DNA of 63,092 bases from the IMG/VR virus record IMGVR_UViG_3300005805_000087, positions 1 through 63,092 of that record; one strand, written 5' to 3'. Position 1 is the stretch's first letter, and each line of letters starts with the position of its first letter. A program made the translations under genes and the position numbers. Under the pieces are notes generated by a model. That model was not told the origin of the DNA. It did not search any database and saw nothing but the letters and a program-made list of their open reading frames with translations. Source of the DNA: a virus (taxonomy: Duplodnaviria; Caudoviricetes). Below, piece after piece: positions 58,101 to 63,092 of the stretch.

Positions 58101-58250
58101 TTCCGCGTCATCATCGATTCGTCCACGACGACGCAGAACGACATCGAGAACAACACTGTCCGTGGCAAGATCTTCGTCCAACCAACGAAGAGCATCGAGT
58201 TCGTCAGCCTCGACTTCGTCGTCGCCAACAACCTCAACCAGGTGCAGTGA
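55143..58250 (+). CDS. Tail sheath protein 2 (gp18-like)
   Basis: GPAFVP, PWFAPAGFTRG, INPL, WGQKT, LDRVNVRRLL, FEQN, PTKSIEFVSLDF. Confidence 0.93.
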   Translation: MAQLKLGAAGVTANEIDISGPVSPEPVGVPAGIIGTAKQGPAFVPITVGRLSDFEAKFGTVDSKYFGPIAVLEWLRNAQAVTYLRVLGVGDGLERQSSTATYPGSVTNSGFVVGEQQPSGTVGALAPNPYANTNGQPGRTYFLGCYMSESVGSTYFSDAGLQAAGSNTATPIIRGVVMAASGVLLALSSSLAGAVSSAPSSTQIGNVENSPKGATVGSVVLTQNSVSKQDFVLLLNGHKGLDVNSPNVITASFDPSSNNYFANVLNRDPLKLQEKGYYLYANWDVHTALGTVTGSGILSSSFGAGGTIGKTGEEPSAFLVTSSLARNVGSTTVPNFENFEDRFGYAKSPWVISQKFGGKPVNLFKFHARDAGQDISNLYKISIENITPSIDPMNRYGSFTVKVRKWSDRDSTQTLIATGESFVCDLNPTSGRYIAKVIGDLNAYFDFDRAIEEQKLVIEGAYSNNSNYIRVEVHPDVENGFVDPTALPMGVRGVAHLVTSGSATFAALPENTFANNNIAQSGATLDVNVLRKSVTPPVPFRKKVTDGTVDSAVETANTKYYWGVQFEQVELITKPNASVLANKGIESFAKYFPDFATVQKPVLVGDNAGAADTAANGIIDSDRFCNNIFSLEHIQVVTGSTTRADVLEWDEAVYVRNGVIASNETNKTRAFGTQDLADTANRQFAKFTFFLQGGFDGVNIFDKDEAELTNNAVSSDMVFGNGRLLNDGPNVKAYTKAVDIMKNTTNIDVQLLAIPGLRHPIVTDYATVATEERFDALYLMDIEQYTEDGTAAENEVRLDTQIASVSNTVNSFKDRNLDSSFAAAYFPDVLYAAPDGNNVFVPPSVLVLGALSLNDAVGHPWFAPAGFTRGALPQAALEARVRLKDEDLDSLYDERINPLIAFVGAPKSGLNPSSGLVVWGQKTLQLAASALDRVNVRRLLIEIRRQVREIAQTIIFEQNREATLARFSAAVTPRLQRIQALAGLERFRVIIDSSTTTQNDIENNTVRGKIFVQPTKSIEFVSLDFVVANNLNQVQ

Positions 58251-58321
58251 GAATCTAGTTAAATTGGTTTGATTTTTCATATTGAAACGTATACTTAAAA
58301 CAGGTGACAGGAGAATAGAAC

Positions 58322-58813
58322 ATGGCCGCAGAGACATTAGACGTTACATCGATGATTCCAAACAAGTTCGAGCCAAAGCGCAAGAACCGTTGGGTCCTCA
58401 TGATCGAAGGTATCGATGCTTATATCGTGAAGACAGCAGCTCGTCCAACAATCACAACGGAAGAAGTTGAAGTCCCATTCATCAACAGTCGTCGTTACCT
58501 CGCAGGTAAAACAACCTTCGGTACAATGGCTGTGACACTCCACGATCCAATCGCTCCATCCGGTGCGCAACAGGTCATGGAATGGGTTCGTACCCACTTC
58601 GAATCCGTCTCCGGTCGCTCAGGTTACGCAGACTTCTACAAGCGTGACATCCAACTCAAGCTTCTCGATCCAGTCGGCACAGTCGTTGAGCTCTGGGATA
58701 TCAAGGGCGCATTCATCACAGAAGCCAACTTCGGCGATGTCACCTACGAAGACGGCGGTCCAACGGAAATCTCCATGACACTCCGTTTCGATAATTGTGT
58801 ACTTCAATTTTGA
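58322..58813 (+). CDS. Tail tube protein (gp19-like)
   Basis: FEPKRKNRW, YKRDIQLKLLDPVGTVVELWDIKGAF, LRFDNC; follows the sheaths; AGGAG RBS. Confidence 0.88.
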   Translation: MAAETLDVTSMIPNKFEPKRKNRWVLMIEGIDAYIVKTAARPTITTEEVEVPFINSRRYLAGKTTFGTMAVTLHDPIAPSGAQQVMEWVRTHFESVSGRSGYADFYKRDIQLKLLDPVGTVVELWDIKGAFITEANFGDVTYEDGGPTEISMTLRFDNCVLQF

Positions 58814-58861
58814 GCGATTGTCGAATATACAAGTCAAAAGGTCTGTGGTATATTTACTACC

Positions 58862-59653
58862 ATGGACCTTTCGTCTTTTAAGTGCCCTGTTTGTAACGAT
58901 TACACATCTGACAAATTGGATTCTCTCCGAATTCACTGCCAAAAAAAGCACAATCTTCCCACGAAAAAATTATACACCCTACTATTCTTACCTGAAGGTA
59001 AAGAACCTACTTGCGCATGTGGTTGCGGTGAGACCACAAAGTTCTTGACACTTCAAAAAGGATTTTCAGAGTATATTCTAGGACACGCTTCTCGAGTGCA
59101 CAACAACTGGGGACACAACGAAGTAGCTAGAGCAAAGAGTTTAAAAAAGCGTCGTGATGAAGGATTATGGAGTAAAGATCCGTGGAATCGAGGAAAAACA
59201 AAAGAGAACGATTCACGCATCGCTGAGCTAGGGAAAAAGATTAGTGAACGCCACGGCGAAAGATATTCTTCACTTATGAGTGAGAATCGTTTATCTGGTG
59301 CCATCCCATCTCTCACAGGTTCTTCTCATCCACATTGGAAAGGCGGCACTTCTGCATTGCAACCTCTCGTCCGGTCTCACCTGTATAGTCGTTGGACCTT
59401 TCCGAAGTTGAAAGAGAGCGATTTCCAGTGCGCCAAATGTGGTTCTACGGCAGACCTGGAGGTCCACCACAGTGGCGAGCGTTTTGCAACAATTCTGCAC
59501 AAGGCGGTAGAGTTGTTCGGAGAACCAGGAGAATCCTTTCAATTAAAATCTCAAATATCCGAATGGATTACCAACTACCACATTGAGCAGAATATTCCTG
59601 GGACTGTCCTGTGCGCCCCCTGCCATGATTTATGTCACATGGAAGAAGGTTAA
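58862..59653 (+). CDS. Putative homing endonuclease (Zn finger, NUMOD-like segment, HNH-like C-terminus)
   Basis: CPVC...HCQKKH, CACGCG, PWNRGKT, HPHWKGG, CAKCG...EVHH...LCAPCHDLCH. Confidence 0.7.
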   Translation: MDLSSFKCPVCNDYTSDKLDSLRIHCQKKHNLPTKKLYTLLFLPEGKEPTCACGCGETTKFLTLQKGFSEYILGHASRVHNNWGHNEVARAKSLKKRRDEGLWSKDPWNRGKTKENDSRIAELGKKISERHGERYSSLMSENRLSGAIPSLTGSSHPHWKGGTSALQPLVRSHLYSRWTFPKLKESDFQCAKCGSTADLEVHHSGERFATILHKAVELFGEPGESFQLKSQISEWITNYHIEQNIPGTVLCAPCHDLCHMEEG

Positions 59654-59700
59654 AAAAATCTATGATATATTTACCGATATATCAAAAGAGGAATATTCGG

Positions 59701-60477
59701 ATGATAAACAAGGGCATTCTCGGGGCAGTTATTGTTGGTCTATTGGTCATGGCCTGTAGCGCGGATGGTGAGATGTTCTTCGGCGCGCCCTATTCAAATG
59801 CAAATGTTGGTGTCGGAGGAACATCAATGACAGCAAATTCATCCAGCACTTCATCGGGTGGATTTGGTGGTAATGGAGGCGCCAGCAATACAAGCAGCGT
59901 TATGGTTTCAGTTTCAACTTCAATAACTGTGAGTTCTACAGCTGATGTAAGTGTTGTGAGCGTGACTTCCTCTACGGCATCAAGCTCTTCTACTTCCGTC
60001 GCGTCTAGCTCTTCTACAGGAATGCCGGTCCAAAAGACCATCGATTGTGGTTCTGGATTGACATGCAATCTTGATAAAGGGGAAGCGTGCTGCTGGGATA
60101 ACTTGAATCTCCTTGATGGTCCGCAGAACAAGTGTGTTACTGGACCACTAGACAATGATGGTTGTAACACGCTTCAGTGGGGCTTTGGTCCCGAGACTCG
60201 TATAGACTGTCAAGATGAGAGTGATTGTGGAGCGACTAAGGTATGTTGTGCCCGTCGCAAGCAGTTCTTCGCCAATGGTAAACAATATTCAGTCTATGAC
60301 CAAGTGACGTGCGAAGATAGTTGTAATTATCAGTTCAATGATCAGAAGTTTGTTGTTTGTATTCCAAATGTTACCGTGTGTCCATTGATACCAAATGGTG
60401 ATAAGAAGTGGATACAAAGCGTTTGTAAGACAAGCCAGTTGTTGCCTAGCGGATACTACGTTTGCGGTTTACTTTGA
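59701..60477 (+). CDS. Cys-rich lipoprotein with Ser/Thr linker
   Basis: MINKGILGAVIVGLLVMAC lipobox; long S/T/G tract; Cys-rich C-terminal domain; GAGGA RBS; ATATTTA at 59667. Confidence 0.7.
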   Translation: MINKGILGAVIVGLLVMACSADGEMFFGAPYSNANVGVGGTSMTANSSSTSSGGFGGNGGASNTSSVMVSVSTSITVSSTADVSVVSVTSSTASSSSTSVASSSSTGMPVQKTIDCGSGLTCNLDKGEACCWDNLNLLDGPQNKCVTGPLDNDGCNTLQWGFGPETRIDCQDESDCGATKVCCARRKQFFANGKQYSVYDQVTCEDSCNYQFNDQKFVVCIPNVTVCPLIPNGDKKWIQSVCKTSQLLPSGYYVCGLL

Positions 60478-60478
60478 A

Positions 60479-61228
60479 TCAGAGTCCGTAGCGGCTCTTG
60501 GTTGCATCATAGATGCTTGTGACTTCTGCGCTACTGATAGCTCTATCGTATGTGAGCACTTGTGCGATACTACCGTTGAGAAAGTTTCCTGCACCAAATC
60601 TTCCGATGTTGGTCGAACCATCACCGATATGTGCGGTCTTGTTTGCCGTATAAGTGCTGTCAAGAGTTCCATTGATGTACAGCGTCATGCCATCTGCTGT
60701 TGTGTATGTCAGCACTGCAAGATACCAGATATTTGCAGAAAAATTAGCGGTGGACGGATATTGAAAATAACCCAGCCCAGCAGTCCAGTTTGCGTGTCCG
60801 CAGTACAATTTATTCGTGCTACCGAAGAACATAAAGTGTCCACCTGGATCGCTGCTTACGAGATTGTTATCGCTAGCTGTATCAGTCAAATTAAACCACA
60901 CAGCTTTTGTGTATGCTGCAGATGGGACGACATTCGTACCTGAAACAGTCGCGCTTTCGCTTGACGCTTTTGCGAAAGTAAAGTAACCGCCGTTGTTGGT
61001 CGAATACGTGGGCGTGTTGACTAAAGTAGCGTCATTTGCGGTCGGAGAACTGGCCAAGTCGAACCAGGTATTACCGCTCCCAGGATACGATGTGGCGTTG
61101 CCTGCGTCGAGGTGCAGCAATAATCCTGACTGCGGTATTGCTGAGGGTGGTGTATAAAAACCGAAATTAAATCCGCCACCTAATACTAGGCTGTTTTTTA
61201 GAAACCCTTGTCCGAAGCCATTGGCCAT
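60479..61228 (-). CDS. LamG/concanavalin-A-like domain virion protein
   Basis: GLLLHLDAGNATSYPGSGNTWFDL, WYLAVLTY, LYINGTL, IAQVLTYDRAISSAEV...RYGL. Confidence 0.8.
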   Translation of the reverse strand: MANGFGQGFLKNSLVLGGGFNFGFYTPPSAIPQSGLLLHLDAGNATSYPGSGNTWFDLASSPTANDATLVNTPTYSTNNGGYFTFAKASSESATVSGTNVVPSAAYTKAVWFNLTDTASDNNLVSSDPGGHFMFFGSTNKLYCGHANWTAGLGYFQYPSTANFSANIWYLAVLTYTTADGMTLYINGTLDSTYTANKTAHIGDGSTNIGRFGAGNFLNGSIAQVLTYDRAISSAEVTSIYDATKSRYGL

Positions 61229-61237
61229 ACTTAGACC

Positions 61238-61633
61238 TCAGCCGACGCCTGGGAATCCGTTTGAGCCCGTTAGTAATAGGAAGTTTTTTGAAGGAACGGA
61301 TGTTAATCCTGCAACAACGCTGAATGTTGTGCTGGCCCCGACAGCGCCGGAAAGGAAGATTCTGTCTGTTTTTAATTCAGCCGAGAAAGAATCAGAACCG
61401 CTGAGGATGAAATAATTCGCAGTCGCTGTCTTTAATCCATTTTGTGTGAAACCAATAGCAAGAGCTGTTGTTGCTGCTCCCGTGTTCTTGATGATTAAAA
61501 ATCGTGAAACCGAACCAAAGTTGATTTCTTTGGTTTGACCAAGAGTTATCGTCGATGAAGTCACGAAGGGCGTTGCAGAAACCTGGTATGCAGGAACGTA
61601 GCCCTCGTGAGGATATGGATTATTCAGAGACAT
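61238..61633 (-). CDS. Small beta-rich virion protein, paralog of 34365-34772
   Basis: Motifs shared with 34365; ATACTTA on the minus strand at 61643-61649. Confidence 0.65.
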   Translation of the reverse strand: MSLNNPYPHEGYVPAYQVSATPFVTSSTITLGQTKEINFGSVSRFLIIKNTGAATTALAIGFTQNGLKTATANYFILSGSDSFSAELKTDRIFLSGAVGASTTFSVVAGLTSVPSKNFLLLTGSNGFPGVG

Positions 61634-61735
61634 TACGGCTTATAAGTATTCTACTTAGGCGCATGTGATTCTGTAATTGTTACGTGGGATGTAGTAGATG
61701 CAATATTTTTGGTAGCTAATTTTAACAGCCTTCTA

Positions 61736-61764
61736 TTTACGCCATCAGATGAGGTGGTTATTAT
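61736..61764 (+). promoter_or_regulatory. Putative sigma70-type promoter
   Basis: TTTACG-N17-TATTAT upstream of the gp26-like gene. Confidence 0.4.
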
Positions 61765-61795
61765 TAACCAGCTTCCATAGACAAAGGAAAAATAG

Positions 61796-62674
61796 ATGAG
61801 CACAGAAACGCGTGAGCGCAATACAGTTTTTACTGGTGGAAATCAGCTTCCTGCCGGTGTTGATCCTCGCATGCCAACTCAGACTGCCGCCGAGAAGGTG
61901 AAGGCCGAGTTTGGTTTGGATATTCCTCTTGAGGTCGTTCCACTTCCTTCTTCAGGTAAGGTTTATCCACAAAATTCTTCTCTCTACGGTTCAGAGTCAG
62001 TTGAGATCCGTTCAATGACGGCTCGTGAAGAAGATATTCTTACATCTCGTGCGCTTATTAAGAAGGGTACGGTTATCACAGAGCTTATTAAGTCCTGTCT
62101 TGTTGATCGTTCAATCAACCCTCATGATCTTCTCGGTGGAGATCGTAATGCACTTATGGTGGCCATCCGTATTACAGGTTATGGTCCAGAGTACAAAGCT
62201 GAGATTGAATGCCAAGAGTGTGGAACAAAGGCCCCGCACGATTTTAATCTTGCCGAGTTACCAATTCGTCGTCTTGAAATTGAACCTGTTGCTCAAGGTT
62301 CTAACATCTTTGAGTACGTATTACCAAGAAGCAAGAAGGTTGTTAAATTCCGCTTCCTTACCGGCAAGGATGAGGAAGAGATTATGACAATGTCTGAGAA
62401 GCAAAAGAAGCTTGGTTTGTCAACAGAGTCCAACGTGACGACAAGTTTAATCCATGCCATTGTGTCTATCGATGGTATTGAGGATCGTGCGAAGATTGCA
62501 AACTTTATTCGTAACATGCCAGCTCGTGACTCCCTCGAACTCCGTAACTACATTCGTGATAATGAACCAGGTGTTGTTATGAAGCAGGATACCTCTTGTC
62601 CATCTTGCGGTCATGCCGAGGAGGTAGCGATGCCGCTCGGTGTCAACTTTCTTTGGCCTTCGGCCGGAAGATAG
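61796..62674 (+). CDS. Baseplate hub assembly/tail chaperone (T4 gp26-like)
   Basis: LPSSGKVY, IRSMTAREEDIL, DRNALMVAIRITGYG, CQECG and CPSCG; internally duplicated pattern. Confidence 0.78.
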   Translation: MSTETRERNTVFTGGNQLPAGVDPRMPTQTAAEKVKAEFGLDIPLEVVPLPSSGKVYPQNSSLYGSESVEIRSMTAREEDILTSRALIKKGTVITELIKSCLVDRSINPHDLLGGDRNALMVAIRITGYGPEYKAEIECQECGTKAPHDFNLAELPIRRLEIEPVAQGSNIFEYVLPRSKKVVKFRFLTGKDEEEIMTMSEKQKKLGLSTESNVTTSLIHAIVSIDGIEDRAKIANFIRNMPARDSLELRNYIRDNEPGVVMKQDTSCPSCGHAEEVAMPLGVNFLWPSAGR

Positions 62675-62921
62675 AGAACTACTCATATTGGAACCCACCT
62701 TTCTGCTGATGTATTATGGTGGGTTCCTTTATAGAGAAGTCTATAACATGCCTGTCTCTTATAAACGATGGTTCATAGAGAGGATCTCTAAAGAGCTTAA
62801 GGATAGTAACGAAAAAGGACAAACTGCGAGCCGCGCTGCTCATCAGAACACTCCTGATATAAGAGCGATGGAGGGCCGTGCACGTGCTCAAACACCAAGT
62901 CGTTTGCGTCGATTCACTTAA
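62640..62921 (+). CDS. gp51-like small baseplate assembly ORF, possibly a frameshift extension of the previous gene
   Basis: FLLMYYGGFLYREVYNMPVSYKRWFIERI; overlaps the gp26-like end in the +1 frame. Confidence 0.6.
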   Translation: MSTFFGLRPEDRELLILEPTFLLMYYGGFLYREVYNMPVSYKRWFIERISKELKDSNEKGQTASRAAHQNTPDIRAMEGRARAQTPSRLRRFT

Positions 62922-62978
62922 ATGGCATTTTTTTTGGCCATCGCATTATTTAGTAATAGCGTACTGTGCGAGGTCGAT

Positions 62979-63092
62979 GTGAAAGAAGAAAAAGAAGTAA
63001 TCAGTGAATTGAGAGTCAACCTTTTAGGAAAAATTTTCTTTGCGACTTTAGCGGCTTGGCTTGTTGGCAAAGCTGTTAACACAAAGATCAAA
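62979..63092 (+). CDS. Partial ORF running off the window end
   Basis: GAGG RBS then GTG: MKEEKEVISELRVNLLGKIFFATLAAWLVG...; open to the window edge. Confidence 0.45.
   Translation, partial: MKEEKEVISELRVNLLGKIFFATLAAWLVGKAVNTKIK

Noticed and set aside
48757-58813. Bacterial contractile injection system (eCIS/T6SS) suggested by the two sheaths
   Set aside because: Terminase, portal, protease, capsid and neck genes show a complete phage head-tail module
60395-60943. 182 aa Cys-rich plus-strand ORF
   Set aside because: It is the antisense shadow of the well-supported LamG-domain gene
1-63092. Stop-codon reassignment, as seen in some large phages
   Set aside because: Core genes are full length in the standard code and end in TAA, TGA or TAG with tight packing
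1-63092. tRNA, rRNA or CRISPR array
   Set aside because: Intergenic gaps are short, and no cloverleaf or repeat-spacer periodicity was seen by eye; a tRNAscan run would confirm

Overview
This window is a segment of a large T4-like (myovirus-type, probably jumbo) phage genome read in the standard bacterial code. From left to right it contains: (1) an accessory block with a degenerate GroEL-like gene, ClpP, a DinG-type helicase, an Hc1-like histone mimic, a stand-alone sigma70 region-4 protein and PIN-PhoH; (2) large putative baseplate or virion genes; (3) gp4-like, RuvC-like and primase genes plus an SbcD-SbcC fusion; (4) a head module (terminase, portal, prohead protease, scaffold, major capsid); (5) an inserted three-gene envelope cassette that looks bacterial, probably myxobacterial (two lipoproteins, one with a CxxCH heme-c motif, and a Tat-exported protein); (6) a cluster of small proteins sharing an N-terminal leader; (7) neck genes, two tandem tail sheaths, the tail tube and gp26/gp51-like genes. 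The strongest leads are the envelope cassette behind the putative late promoter, a shared MK(I/L)TESQLRxII.EE leader that may be a capsid-targeting signal, a recurrent ATANTTA upstream motif, and a likely +1 frameshift joining the gp26-like and gp51-like ORFs. All family calls come from motif recognition by eye; no searches were run.
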